DNA of 64,000 nt. It comes from Trueperaceae bacterium (GTDB taxonomy: Bacteria; Deinococcota; Deinococci; Deinococcales; Trueperaceae). The translations under genes were made by a program, and so were the position numbers. The stretch covers positions 3,424,001 through 3,488,000 of the forward strand of contig OZ243927.1 in NCBI GenBank assembly GCA_965213925.1, in the 5' to 3' direction. Below the pieces are notes generated by a model. That model ran no database searches. It saw nothing but the letters and a program-made list of their open reading frames with translations, and was not told the origin of the DNA. Below are positions 38,913 to 49,753 of this stretch, piece by piece; the stretch's first letter is position 1, and every line of letters begins with the position of its first letter.

Positions 38913-39279
38913 GGTCGTGAAGGGTGATGAGGTAACCCTTAGGGTCCCGGACGGAAAAGGTCTTGCCAAAGGGACCGTCTACTAGGTCCGACGTGACCTC
39001 AACCCCCTTGTTAACCAGATGGTCACGTAGCTTCGCGCTGTCGTCTACCTTGAACCAGAGTGCCACGCCATGACCCCGATGTGGGGTGAGGTCTAGATTG
39101 ACGAGCGGCGTTCGCACGGCGAAGGCGATAGGCTCGGTAGCGAAAACAACTGCACCGGGCGGGCTCTGCGGGGCGAGTGCTAGCCCTAGCGTCTCGTGGT
39201 AGAAGCGTTTGCCAGCGTCCAAATCGCGCCACTGCAGCGCAATGAAGTCGGGACCGTCAACCTTTGTTTTTACATTCAT
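38905..39279 (-). CDS. VOC/glyoxalase-family protein
   Basis: RDLDAGKRFY..LGL, DGPFGKTFSVRDPKGY. Confidence 0.85.
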   Translation of the reverse strand: MNVKTKVDGPDFIALQWRDLDAGKRFYHETLGLALAPQSPPGAVVFATEPIAFAVRTPLVNLDLTPHRGHGVALWFKVDDSAKLRDHLVNKGVEVTSDLVDGPFGKTFSVRDPKGYLITLHDRG

Positions 39280-39293
39280 TCTTGACCTCCTAT

Positions 39294-39341
39294 TTATCAG
39301 TACCCTGATAACTTGTAGCTAGATTATCAGCACCCTGATAT
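39294..39341. promoter_or_regulatory. Two palindromic MarR operator candidates
   Basis: ttatcag-tacc-ctgataa (39294-39311) and ttatcag-cacc-ctgatat (39324-39341) between the divergent genes. Confidence 0.7.
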
Positions 39342-39352
39342 AATGTCAAGCC

Positions 39353-39790
39353 ATGAAACTGACCTCTGATCCTCTCGGCTATCTCCTCAAGCGCGCTCAG
39401 TCGGCGCTGCGCAGCAACATGGATGCAGCGCTCGCGACACTAGACCTTACGACCCCGCAGTACGCCGCGTTGGGCGAGCTGGTGAAGGAGCAGGGGCTCT
39501 CAAATGCCGAACTTGCTCGCCGCTGTTTCGTAACACCTCAGACTATGTACCAGATCGTGATCGGGCTCGAGCGTGGCGCGCTGCTAGAGCGCTCGCCGCA
39601 CCCCGAGCATGGACGTATTCAGCGGGTGAAACCGACTGCTGAGGGGCAAGCGCTCTTGGAACATGCTCACAGTTTAGTAGCTGAGGTTGAAAAGCGGATG
39701 ACGCGGGAGCTGACACAAGTGGAGATCGAGCAAGCGTGTGCGCTGCTAACAAAATGTTACAAGGGGCTGGAGAGTAAAGACGGAGCCTAG
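39353..39790 (+). CDS. MarR-family regulator
   Basis: LTTPQYAAL, LSNAELARRCFVTPQTM. Confidence 0.88.
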   Translation: MKLTSDPLGYLLKRAQSALRSNMDAALATLDLTTPQYAALGELVKEQGLSNAELARRCFVTPQTMYQIVIGLERGALLERSPHPEHGRIQRVKPTAEGQALLEHAHSLVAEVEKRMTRELTQVEIEQACALLTKCYKGLESKDGA

Positions 39791-39821
39791 AACCTATCGG
39801 CGAAAGCTGACCAACGGCTTC

Positions 39822-39847
39822 TGCGCTTAACGCGCGCGTTTGTTGCA
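39822..39847. repeat. GCGCGC-core dyad site 15
   Basis: (cttc)tgcg-ctta-ac-GCGCGC-gt-ttgt-tgca(gaa). Confidence 0.85.
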
Positions 39848-39989
39848 GAATGGATCATCCGCTAAGTTCTGCATCATTCGCTCAGCCAGCTTCCCTCGTC
39901 TTCAACGCATAGCAGCGACAGAGGATTTTGCGACGAATTTCCTGGACAAACCAAGAAACTCTTTGCAACCCTCCGCCATGCGCTCTGAC

Positions 39990-40390
39990 AAGTGGGCGTC
40001 GGTATGCTACTGGATGAGATAGGGCAGCAGCCAGCCCCCCAGGAGCTGGCCGTCGTCGAGGACGCCGAAGTGCCAACGCAGGTCGCCGCGGCTCACAGGG
40101 GTAGCCTCGCCTAACGAGAAGGGGGTGCGCGCTTGCAGCGCGGTGATGTCCGGGGTGTTGACTACCCGAGCGAGCAGCTACGGCTGCCGCGCCAGCCGGA
40201 CCCGCAAGAAGGGGTCGTCAATCCCGTACCAGCGCGGCCTCACGAGTGCGGGCGCGTCGGGCCGGGCGCGACACCTCCAAAAAGACCTCGCCGCCGAGCC
40301 GCATCAGGTGGTTGTAGGTGCCCACCGCAGGGTGCTTCCCACCCGCTGGGATGTCGATCCCGAATTGGTCACCGCTACAACCTAGGGCAA
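39990..40390 (-). pseudogene. Glyoxalase-like (VOC) pseudogene
   Basis: Frameshifted FGIDIPAGGKHPAVGTYNHLMRLGGEVFLEV..RPRWYGIDD..RGDLRW. Confidence 0.6.
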
Positions 40391-40443
40391 GTAACCATTA
40401 ACTCGGTGATGAGCCGCTACCAGAAAAGGAAATAGTACCTGAA

Positions 40444-41163
40444 TTATGCTAACACCGTCACAACTTCCTCAAGCAAGTCGCTAAGCTCACGCGGTTTGGA
40501 GACCATCGGCCAGTGACCCGCCTCGAGTTCTCTATATCTCCAGGTCGGCTCGTCACGAAGCGCCGCCACGTCGCTGGGAAGCTCAAACGAGCAGAGAATG
40601 TAGGTGGCGTTTTGTTGATTCAAGGCTTGCTCCAGCGCTGCAGGCTCGCTGAGGGTGCGCCCTGGGTGATCAACGAACCGTTCGACAAGCCACTGTGCTT
40701 GCTCACGCGATAGCCCATGACCGTCAGCTGCTCCCTCGACGTTAGGAGCAGGCCAGCGTCCGCCGTTATCCGCAATTTGCTTCCGCTCGTCAGCTCGCTG
40801 CGCTTCCGGAAACGCCTCGAGCATAGATTGCCCGTCATGCGGTAAGAAGGCGTCGACGTAGACTGTATGTGCGACACGTTCAGAGGCGCGCTCAGCAACC
40901 TGACCTACCACGATCCCTGAATAGCTATGTCCGACTAGAATTACACTGTGTAAATCGTTCGTTTCCAGAACCGCCAGCACATCGCTCACGTGCGTTGCCA
41001 ATCCGACGCTAGCGCTGTCTATATCCTGGTCAAGACCAGAAAGGGTGAGCGGATAGACCTCGTATCCTCTCGAGCGCAGGTCTTGCGTCACGGGTTCCCA
41101 GGCCCACGCGCCCATCCAGGCACCTGGAACCAAGACAAAGGCTAGCTTTACCTTGTTCTTCAT
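40444..41163 (-). CDS. Alpha/beta fold esterase
   Basis: VLVPGAWMGAWAW, LVGHSYSG, AGHWPM. Confidence 0.88.
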   Translation of the reverse strand: MKNKVKLAFVLVPGAWMGAWAWEPVTQDLRSRGYEVYPLTLSGLDQDIDSASVGLATHVSDVLAVLETNDLHSVILVGHSYSGIVVGQVAERASERVAHTVYVDAFLPHDGQSMLEAFPEAQRADERKQIADNGGRWPAPNVEGAADGHGLSREQAQWLVERFVDHPGRTLSEPAALEQALNQQNATYILCSFELPSDVAALRDEPTWRYRELEAGHWPMVSKPRELSDLLEEVVTVLA

Positions 41164-41442
41164 CGTTTAGCTCCTTTTATAACGGCTGTTTATAACGGCT
41201 GTTTTTGGGATAAAACCGAAAGGCTCTATGCCGCAATGCGTCACCACTGGACCCAGCAACAGCGATAAGTTCTGTTCCAAAATCGTCCGCTAGGCTGAAA
41301 CCTTTGACGTACTGGCTTACCTCTCCATGTTGTTTTTGCAGCCGTCACCCTTATAATGTTAGCGTGCCTTCTTCCCGAAAAGAAGGGGCACTTAGGGGCA
41401 AAACTGCTCGTTTTCTTTTTAGTTGAAAGGGGTTTTGGCTTT

Positions 41443-41952
41443 TTGACCTTACAAAACGAAAAGACACTCGATAACCTCAGTTGGCAGATTTTGCGCGAGC
41501 TGCAAAAAGATGCCCGTCTTTCCTACAACGAACTTGGCAGGCGCGTCGGGCTCTCAGCGCCCTCGGTAGCCGAACGCGTGCGCAAGCTCGAGGAGGCGGG
41601 CGTGATAGGCGGCTACAAAGCTCACATAGAACTAGCAAATATCGGGCTGCCAATTACAGCGTTTATCCACCTGCGCTGTACCTTGGGTAGGTGCTTACTC
41701 AATACGGCGAGGATGGAGGACTATCCAGAGATTTTCGAGGTGCACAAAGTGAGTGGGCGTCACTGCACTATGCTGCGTGTTGCTGCCGCCTCGGTCAAAC
41801 ACTTGGACATTCTCATGGACAGACTCAGCCGTCATGGTGAGGTGGAGATGGAGATTGTGCTCTCGAGTCCCTTGCCCGACCGGGATGTTGACTGGGAGAA
41901 GGGACACGAAACTCTCAGGGCAATTACCGAGTTTCGCTGGGATGAAAAGTAG
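41443..41952 (+). CDS. Lrp/AsnC-family regulator
   Basis: ILRELQKDARLSYNELGRRVGLSAPSVAERVRKLEEAGVI; start uncertain. Confidence 0.88.
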   Translation: MTLQNEKTLDNLSWQILRELQKDARLSYNELGRRVGLSAPSVAERVRKLEEAGVIGGYKAHIELANIGLPITAFIHLRCTLGRCLLNTARMEDYPEIFEVHKVSGRHCTMLRVAAASVKHLDILMDRLSRHGEVEMEIVLSSPLPDRDVDWEKGHETLRAITEFRWDEK

Positions 41953-42254
41953 AGGCGTACAGCAACCCTACTCCATTTTGTAGAGGTCACAAAGGCCGCC
42001 CATTTCATTGATGATTACTTCAAGGGTACTACTAGCAGAGTCAGAATCCTTTACCGTAGGTGGAAAATTACAAGGCGACTTTGCCCGCCGCGAGATTGAC
42101 AAACTGAAGAATAAAGGCGAGGAAGAACAGAGCTGCTTTTGAATTAAGTACATTCGTCACAACCCTCTGACGAAACACAACAAATTTCGTGAAGGGTCTG
42201 ACCTGCAAGTCAGTCGCCCTTTCATCGCGCTCGAGCAAGGTGCGGATGCCTAGG

Positions 42255-43125
42255 TGCGCTGTCCTACACCTTTACCGACCCTATCGCCGGACTCCTAATT
42301 CAAGGCGTCGCGCTCGAGGCCGAGCGAGCGGGCTACGGACTATTACTGATAAGGGGTGAGGCGGAGACTGAAAACTTCAAACGGGACCGGGCACGCTCCC
42401 TCGCGGCTACAGCTCATGTGGACAGGTTCATCCTGCACAACTTCCCTGGCGACACACCGACCTTTAACGAAGTCTTGCAGCGCCGCTTGCCGAGTGTATT
42501 GGTAGATCACGCCAAGACAGAAGACTTACTGTCGGTCACGGTGGATAACGAGCAGGGGGCGTACGAGGCGGCTAGGCACCTGCTCGAGCTGGGTCACAAA
42601 CGCTTAGGCGTCATCTCCTTAGAACTCACCTTAGACACAAAAGGCGGTGTTATCGGTGTAGAGCGGCAGAAACAGGCGATCTACCTGCCGACAAAAAGGT
42701 GCTTGCAAGGCTACGCCAGAGCAGTAAAAGAAGCGGGCTTGACCTGGCAAAAGTCAGTGACCGTATATGAAATGGCCGACAACACGCTCGAAGAGGGAGA
42801 ACAGGCAGCGGCTACCCTCTTGAGTCAAGCGCACACCCCAAGCGCCGTCCTTGCCATGAGTGACCAACTCGCACTTGGGGCGTTGCGATATGCGAAAACG
42901 AAGGGTGTCGCCGTGCCCGAAGTGCTTTCGGTTGTCGGTTATGACGATGCTACTGGGGCGGCGCAGGTGACGCCCGTGCTTACCACGGTGCGTCAGCCGC
43001 ACACAGAAAAGGGACGAGTCGCGGCGGCACTTCTTATCGCGCAGCTTCGCGGCGAGGAGGTCAGCTCAGTCAAGCTGAAGACCGAACTGGTGGTAAGGAG
43101 CTCGAGTACAAAACCCTGGCGTTAG
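42255..43125 (+). pseudogene. LacI-family regulator lacking its N-terminal HTH
   Basis: VTVDNEQGAY.AARHL, LSVVGYDD, LTTVRQP, TELVVRSS; no HTH upstream. Confidence 0.7.
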
Positions 43126-43478
43126 GCGAGCACTTCCACAGTAAACCCGCCCGGCGCTTTGCAGTAAAAGGTCCAGGAGCCGTGAAAATGACGAGGCGCT
43201 TTCACGTCGAAGCCGTCGTCTTTAAGTCGCTGATTGATTTCATTGACCTTTTCTTCGTTCGCCTGAATAAAGCCGACGTGAAAGCTCGCCGGATACTTGA
43301 CGTCGCCTGCCTTGCCAACCTTCATCAGGGTGAGTACTAAACCAGCGTCGTCGAACAGCACGTCGAAGCTGGCGTCGCTCTCGACGCCTTCAGCGCTCTG
43401 GAGACCGAAGTATGTTTCTAGAAAAGCCTTGGTCTCAGCAACATCGTTGACGGTGAGATTTAGGTGGTTCAGTTTCAC
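43122..43478 (-). CDS. VOC/glyoxalase-family protein
   Basis: LNHLNLTVNDV, FHVGF, TFYCKAPGGFTVEV. Confidence 0.85.
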   Translation of the reverse strand: MKLNHLNLTVNDVAETKAFLETYFGLQSAEGVESDASFDVLFDDAGLVLTLMKVGKAGDVKYPASFHVGFIQANEEKVNEINQRLKDDGFDVKAPRHFHGSWTFYCKAPGGFTVEVLA

Positions 43479-43641
43479 GGCGCGTCCTCCTGTTCGGAGT
43501 AGATTAGCTCACAGCTGAAACTTAACTCTGATTCCTCATGCGCTGAATACTCTCTAACATTGAGAAGAATTGCCGGACTACTCCTCTAGCTTGCCTTCAG
43601 CGTCAACCCACACTTTATCAGGTTCGGTAGCTTCGGGTTGG

Positions 43642-44094
43642 TCAGCACCGGTGTTTGTCGCGGCTATGGGGGCTGCATAGAAGTTCTCGGGCGGTATCGG
43701 GGCACCCGCCAGGCGGCGCAAGCAACATTGCGAGCTGACCTGCGTGGGTCATAGCGTCGGCAAAGGGTCCCTGCAGAAGTTGCTCTGCGCTCGAGCTACT
43801 AAAACTTGCGCTTTGTTCCAGATGGTGACTGAGTTGCTCGAGCGAATCGTGAAACCGCGCCTGCTCTTCCGCTAAGGTATCCAAATCCTGAAGTGGCGTG
43901 TTAACGCTAGCGGCGTGACTCAAAGCGTAGTTGAGAACGCCGTTCATGTGCCTTACTAACTGCTGAAGTGTTCTGACGCTAGCTTGAATGCTAAAGGAAC
44001 CAAAGCCAGCGGGCGCACCCTTCAGAGCTTTTCGAGTACGGTAAGCAAGGGACGCCAAAAAGTGTCTTAGAAGCTGTCTTTCGGTATTGTTCAT
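43642..44094 (-). pseudogene. DinB-like protein with a C-terminal frameshift
   Basis: LRHFLASLAYR, LLQGPFADAMTHAGQLAML, then a frameshift. Confidence 0.6.
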
Positions 44095-44176
44095 TATGTG
44101 CGTATCCTCAGAAAGCTTTGCACCTATTTGAAGCGCGACGGTTCTATTTGTTTGATAACATCTGTCGCAGAATAGC

Positions 44177-44500
44177 TCAACCCCAAGCTTGCAGCAAAAT
44201 CGTCCATGGTTGGATGGCTTTAACCTCGAGAAGACCTAGATACGTCCAGGGGTCGCCTGCCAACTGCCTTCTAATCTCATCTTCGTTCGTCGCATCAACT
44301 ACCAGTATAATATTGTCACCCGCACCTACAGGTTTACCTAAAACGACGAAACCGGAAGCGGTCAAATTGTCCATGAACTGAGCGCGTTCGGTCCAGTGGG
44401 CTTGTTTGCGCATCGGCAGGTCTGGATTCCAGGCGCTACCCCTACCTCTCGTGATGACGAACAGCTTTTTTATAATTTCGTCTTCGGCAGCGAAGCCCAA
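44177..44500 (-). CDS. YciI-like small protein
   Basis: FMDNL..SGFVVLG.P, LAGDPW, IQPWTILL; start unclear. Confidence 0.55.
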   Translation of the reverse strand: MGFAAEDEIIKKLFVITRGRGSAWNPDLPMRKQAHWTERAQFMDNLTASGFVVLGKPVGAGDNIILVVDATNEDEIRRQLAGDPWTYLGLLEVKAIQPWTILLQAWG

Positions 44501-44984
44501 TCCGGCGCATTATCAATACGCTGACGTAGCAGCAAGTTGAGCTGCGCCGCGTGGTGCTAGACATGCCGCGTGTTATAGATGGTCAGTTCATGCAAGGAGA
44601 ACGTCTTGTACTCCCCGGCGAAGGGCTGTTTCGCCTTTTCAGGAATCAGGCTTTCGATAAACGTGCGGCTTTTGACCCATACCAAAGCGAGATAGTCGAG
44701 CAGCTCTTCTTTTGAGTATATCCGCTCAGGCAGAATACCTTCCGCATCAAACTCTCCTTTGGTGAAAGGTGTAGGAAGTTGAAAATCTTTCTCAGTCGTT
44801 TCCGAAAAGTAATAGTCAGTCCAGAACAGGGTGTGATAAGCCAGGTACCAGAATGCCTGGGGGTACAGCTCGTCGCCCAGACCTCTGCTGGACAGGCGAC
44901 GATAGCGTTTTCCAACATCTGCAAGGCTCCGCCGAACTGATTCCAGAGGAGTTCGGGTAAGTCAGTGGTCGTGGACTCGAGCAT
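44470..44984 (-). pseudogene. DinB-family pseudogene
   Basis: LWNQFGGALQMLENAI.ACP / FWYLAYHTLFW / YNTRHV*HHAAQL in different frames. Confidence 0.7.
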
Positions 44985-45049
44985 AGCAGGTTGACCTTGG
45001 CGTGGCGCATGGAGCCAGGGACTTTGGTGATGTGGCGCATAGCGGCAGG

Positions 45050-45349
45050 CTAAGCCAATACCTCGTAGTACGTCACCGTAGGCTCAAATTCTAAAAGGTA
45101 GTCCTCATCTTTCGGATAGTACTTAGCGCGGTCAACGTCATCACCCGCAAACGCTTTAATAGCATCCTAGGGTACCCAAAAGGTCAGGAGGAGAAACTGT
45201 GCTTCATCATCTTGGATATTGCGTAAAACGTGAACTCCGCGGTTGCCTTCGGTGGACTTGTAGTCGGTAACGCCTGTCTCGAGCAGATACTGGTGACAAG
45301 CGTCTGCTTTGCCGGCAGGGACACGGTCCCGCCAAATACGTGCAATCAT
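45050..45349 (-). pseudogene. Antibiotic-biosynthesis-monooxygenase-like protein with an internal TAG
   Basis: MIARIW...LLTFWVP*DAIKAFAGDDVDRAKYYP. Confidence 0.7.
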
Positions 45350-45870
45350 AACGTCTCCCTGGCAGATGGAAGATAAAACAGCAGGTCGAGCGAGGGTGGC
45401 TTGATACCTTGCGAACGCAGCATCACCACGATTTGTGCTGTATGGCGTATTTCGTGAATCATCGTGTGCCACAGAACGCCATCAACCACAAAATGGGTGT
45501 CTGGTTCATCGTGCGGGGTCATGACGCGTTGTCATTCGTCATCAGTTAGGGTGCCGAGATAGTCCAGCGTACTTTTTTCCACGGCTTTCCAGTAGTCCAG
45601 CAAGGTCTCGAGTCTGAAACCACAAACAGCCCCCTCTTCAACGTTGCATAACGCGGGAAACTGCTCGAGCACGGGTTCTTGGCGCAAGATATCCATGTTT
45701 AACCAGCCATCTTCAACGGTAATTATGTGAAACATCAGGTCTTTTAGACAGGGAAACCAGGTGTCGCCCAGTAAGGGGCGAGACAGAGCCTCGTCCGGTA
45801 CCTTCTCGAGCGCTGCCCATAGCTCTCGATAGGTACGCACGAGGTAATCATAGGTGTCAAGTAGGTTCAC
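45346..45870 (-). pseudogene. DinB-family protein with an internal TGA
   Basis: LKDLMFHI..VEDGW...DDE*QRV...LWHTMIHEIRHTAQI. Confidence 0.7.
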
Positions 45871-46094
45871 GGAAACCCATCCCCCTTATCCTGTGTCGTA
45901 CCTGAGCGAGTCGCATAGTCACTAGGCGCGAGCCGCTCGGCGAAAGCGACAAGCGACCCCGCCAAGCTCTGCCTGAACGAGCGACGAGACCGCCTCAACT
46001 CTCGAAGCGCATCCTCCGCAGCCGCTCGAGCCTCGTTCATTCGCATCATTCTGTGAACGTCTCGGAGCATAAACCCCTCATTAAACCGGTGCAT
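45867..46094 (-). CDS. Small hypothetical protein
   Basis: GAGGAGG RBS; 4-bp overlap with the dinB-like gene. Confidence 0.5.
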   Translation of the reverse strand: MHRFNEGFMLRDVHRMMRMNEARAAAEDALRELRRSRRSFRQSLAGSLVAFAERLAPSDYATRSGTTQDKGDGFP

Positions 46095-46150
46095 GATGCC
46101 TCCTCGCCAATCGAATTAGCAAGTGTGTTTCAGCGGGTTCCAGGCAGAAC

Positions 46151-46667
46151 TCACGAAAGAGTAACAAGAAAGGCTAAGGTTCGTTTCATGACAAGCTTGG
46201 TTGCGGCTGGGTCGTAGGCGTCCAGAGAGCTGTCCGTAAACAAGTGAGCGTCGCCCTCATACAGAAACAGCTCGCCGCCCGCTTGACCTGCAAGATCTTC
46301 AAGCACGTCAACATCACCCAGTTCATCGTCCCGCTTCACGTGCGCCTGAAAGGCTACGCCGTCTGGCCAGGCGTCCGCCGGGGCGCTGCTGGGCAAGTTG
46401 CTGCGCGGGCATCACACCTAGCGAAAACCCGCCCTAGACCATTTCATCCGGGAGACCGTCGGCAACAGCGACCCCAGCCTCAGCGAGCGCCCCAAAGCCA
46501 ACGCTCTTGGCATAGGCGAGTCCTTCATCCAGCGTCGAAAACGTATGACCCTCGTAGAGGTCGGGTTGGGTCACGCTGTGACCGGCAGCGCGCAACTCGT
46601 CGGCAAAGGCGCGCATTCCTGCGGTTAAGCCTTGGGCGTGATGAAATAAAAGAATGTCAGCTATCAT
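46151..46667 (-). pseudogene. Dienelactone hydrolase-family pseudogene
   Basis: LFHHAQGLT.G and LYEGDAHLFTDSSL in separate fragments. Confidence 0.7.
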
Positions 46668-46860
46668 TGGCTCCCTTTAACTACTTCCGAATGGGCGTAA
46701 ACTGCTCGGAGACGGACGGACTACGGTTGCTCTGGCTTCGAGTAGGGGCGTTGGGCACAGAAAAACCTCCGTTTGCGTGTACAGAAAGGCGTTACACCCT
46801 CTCAGCATGCCTCCTCACTCACCAGGGTAAGGGCATATCAGGCTAGAATCGGTCCTAATT

Positions 46861-47826
46861 ATGTATCACCCTAGCACTCGGCTCTTAACGATTCTCGAGC
46901 TATTGCAAGCGTGGGGAAGAATGAGCGGACCAGAGCTTGCCAGAAGGCTCGAGGTGAGCCCGCGCAGCGTGCGGCGCTACATCGCTATGTTCCAGGACAT
47001 GGGCATCCCCATCGAGGGCGAGCGGGGGCGCTACGGGCAGTACCGTTTGTGCCCCGGCTATAAGCTGCCGCCCCTCACGTTTGACGATGACGAGGCGCTC
47101 GCGCTCACGGTGGGGCTCCTGCTCGTCCGGCGGAGCGGCGGCTTGGTCGAGCCTGCCACGACCGAACGTGCTTTAGCCAAACTCAACCGCGTTTTGCCCG
47201 AAGGGGTACGGGGGCAGGTCCTCACGCTGCAAGAGACATTGGTACTCGACGCCTATCCCGAACAAGTTTTGCCCGACAGCGCCAAGCTGACGCTACTAAG
47301 TCAAGGGGTAAAAACGCACCAGCGGGTGTGGTTGCATTACCGCAATGAGCAAGGAAGCGCGACCGAGCGCGAGGTTGACCCCTACGGCGTGGTGCAGCGC
47401 GGCGGGCGGTGGTACGTGGCGGGCTATTGTCACCTGCGGCAAGACTTACGGGTGTTTCGCGTGGACCGGATGGACGAGGTTAGGTTATTCACCATTGCCT
47501 TCGAGCCACCCGAGGACTTTGATGTGTCCACCTACGTCGGCCACGCCGTGGCAATGGTCCCGACAACCTATACCGTAGAAGTGCTGCTCAAAACCAGTCT
47601 GGCAAGGGCACAGCGCGAACTTTACCCCAACTTCGTGACCTTAACTCCTGACCCGGACGGGGTTCTCCTACACTGTACGACCGACACCCTGGCGTGGATG
47701 GCGCGGGTGATAGCTGGGTTCAGCTTCGCCTGGGAGGTGCGCGAGCCGCCTGAGTTGGAGGAAGCACTTCGGGCGCATGCCAGTAACCTCTTGGAACAGC
47801 TCAAAAAGTTAGCGACCTCCGAGTGA
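46861..47826 (+). CDS. YafY-like HTH-WYL transcriptional regulator
   Basis: LARRLEVSPRSVRRYI, REVDPYG, WYVAGYCHLRQDLRVFRVDRM. Confidence 0.92.
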   Translation: MYHPSTRLLTILELLQAWGRMSGPELARRLEVSPRSVRRYIAMFQDMGIPIEGERGRYGQYRLCPGYKLPPLTFDDDEALALTVGLLLVRRSGGLVEPATTERALAKLNRVLPEGVRGQVLTLQETLVLDAYPEQVLPDSAKLTLLSQGVKTHQRVWLHYRNEQGSATEREVDPYGVVQRGGRWYVAGYCHLRQDLRVFRVDRMDEVRLFTIAFEPPEDFDVSTYVGHAVAMVPTTYTVEVLLKTSLARAQRELYPNFVTLTPDPDGVLLHCTTDTLAWMARVIAGFSFAWEVREPPELEEALRAHASNLLEQLKKLATSE

Positions 47827-48052
47827 GCTACGCACAACTCTGAAAGTCTACATACCCCTTAGCATAAGGTCCAGTCCGATGATCTCGAGCGTTTGGATGA
47901 GGTGAGCGCTTTGCCGACAGAATATCCGCAGTGGATGGTGGAGAGTCAAGTGGCTGAGCGGTTACCTAAAAGCGCTCAGTAAAAGCGCGGCATAACGGAC
48001 TGAACTCTTCCAAACTGCTTTGCTGTGAGAAATCGTAATGGTAGTCGTCTGA

Positions 48053-48679
48053 CTAGCGAATGAGTCCTACAGCTTCCATCGCCTGCTCGAGACTGCTTAC
48101 CGCTTCCGATGCGCTTAACTGACCAATCAAGACGCGCAGCGCGAGTCCGTCCGCCGTAGCGAGCAACTTGCGGACGACAACTACGGCGTCAAGGTTCTCG
48201 CTAATCTGCCCGACCTTCTGAGCCGCCCCCAGAAGGCGCTCGCCCTCCTCCTGCTCGCCACATTTAGCCTCACGTAAGATAGCGGCGATCTTGGGATCAC
48301 CGACACTCCTGGCTAAGTAGGCGTACCAAACAGTCGCGCCGACCTTCATGTCCTCAGTTTGTGGGATGGCGTGCGTGAAGAGTTCACGCAGCACCTCTAG
48401 CGGACGGTCTGCCGGTGCCCTCTGCTCAAACGTCTCAGAGGCCACGTCGATCAGCGCCCGGCAACCGTGCCGCACCATCTCCTCTTTCGTTGAAAAGTAG
48501 TGCTGAATTCGACCTACCGAGATACCCGCTGCAGCGGCGACGGAGCGCATGGTCACCGCCTCGAGTCCACGTGTGGCGGTGACCTGCCAAACAGCCTCGG
48601 CGATCTCGCGGCGGCGCTTGTCGTGATTAACGATGCGAGGCACCCTTCTAGTCTTAACAGCTTGAACGTCTTTTAGCAA
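48053..48679 (-). CDS. TetR-family regulator
   Basis: GLEAVTMRSVAAAAGISVGRIQHYFSTKEE; operator-like palindrome aatac-aaac-gtatt at 48708-48721. Confidence 0.88.
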   Translation of the reverse strand: MLKDVQAVKTRRVPRIVNHDKRRREIAEAVWQVTATRGLEAVTMRSVAAAAGISVGRIQHYFSTKEEMVRHGCRALIDVASETFEQRAPADRPLEVLRELFTHAIPQTEDMKVGATVWYAYLARSVGDPKIAAILREAKCGEQEEGERLLGAAQKVGQISENLDAVVVVRKLLATADGLALRVLIGQLSASEAVSSLEQAMEAVGLIR

Positions 48680-48748
48680 TACATAGATACTGCTTTACCT
48701 TCTTTACAATACAAACGTATTTCTATATATCGAGTTAGGAGGGAGATT

Positions 48749-49753
48749 ATGTGGGGTCACAAAGCACGCCGCAGGTCAAAGCTGGGGATGAGAACCGGTC
48801 TAACTTTAGGGGTCATTGTGGCTCTGGGTCTCTGTGCTCTCGCGAGCGTTTTGTACAACTCTAGCCCGGTCGGTCACTTCCGCACCAATGAAGGATACCG
48901 GATATACGCCGCCTCTTACGCCGCCGCGATGGAACAGCTACCCAGACCTACCCGAAGTATGGACGTAAAAACCGACTTCGGGACGGTCCGGGTTTATGAA
49001 TTTTCTTCTTCCCGGACGCGGGCGTTGACGCCACTCGTGCTTCTTCCCGGACGCGCTTCCGGAACACCCATGTGGGAGGCTAACCTTGCAAGCCTCGCCA
49101 AAGAGCGAGACGTTTATGCGCTTGACGCTCTGGGCGACGCGGGAATGAGCGTGCAAACGCGAGAGATCAAAGATGCCTCCGACCAAGCCGCTTGGCTTGA
49201 GCAGGTTTTTGTCCAACTCGACCTGTCCCAGGTGCATCTGGTCGGGCATTCCTTCGGCGGTTGGTCTGCCGCCAACTACGCGGTCCGTTACCCCGAGCGT
49301 GCGGCGTCACTTATGCTGCTCGAGCCCGTGTTCGTCTTTCAGGGTCTGCGATGGCAGGTTTACGTTAAATCTATCCCGGCGTCTGTGCCGTTCTTGCCGC
49401 AGAGCTGGCGAGACACCATGCTTAGCAACTTTGGTGGCGTCGAGAAAGTTGATCACGACGACCCTGTCACCCGCATGATCTCCGATGCCGCAGAGCACTA
49501 CGCCGCAAAACTTCCGCTACCTCAGCGCCTTTCACAAGCGCAACTCCGCAATTTGCCCATGCCCGTCTACGTTGCGATGGCTGCCGAAAGCTCTTTGCAC
49601 GACGCAGCTGCCGCCACGCAGGTCGCTCGCAACAGCGTTCAGGACCTTCAGATTCGGAACTGGTCGGGGGCTACGCATTCGCTGCCGATGGAGTTTCCGG
49701 AGCGGCTCAACCGGGAACTCCTGAGTTTTATAGCGGCGCACGACCTGGAGTAG
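48749..49753 (+). CDS. Alpha/beta hydrolase (carboxylesterase-like) with N-terminal anchor
   Basis: LVGHSFGG, ATHSLPME. Confidence 0.85.
   Translation: MWGHKARRRSKLGMRTGLTLGVIVALGLCALASVLYNSSPVGHFRTNEGYRIYAASYAAAMEQLPRPTRSMDVKTDFGTVRVYEFSSSRTRALTPLVLLPGRASGTPMWEANLASLAKERDVYALDALGDAGMSVQTREIKDASDQAAWLEQVFVQLDLSQVHLVGHSFGGWSAANYAVRYPERAASLMLLEPVFVFQGLRWQVYVKSIPASVPFLPQSWRDTMLSNFGGVEKVDHDDPVTRMISDAAEHYAAKLPLPQRLSQAQLRNLPMPVYVAMAAESSLHDAAAATQVARNSVQDLQIRNWSGATHSLPMEFPERLNRELLSFIAAHDLE

Noticed and set aside
40117..40142. GCGCGC with gt/tt flanks
   Set aside because: It is inside the VOC pseudogene and the arms do not fit.
41176..41201. 13-bp tandem duplication tttataacggctg
   Set aside because: Only two copies; probably a local slippage event.
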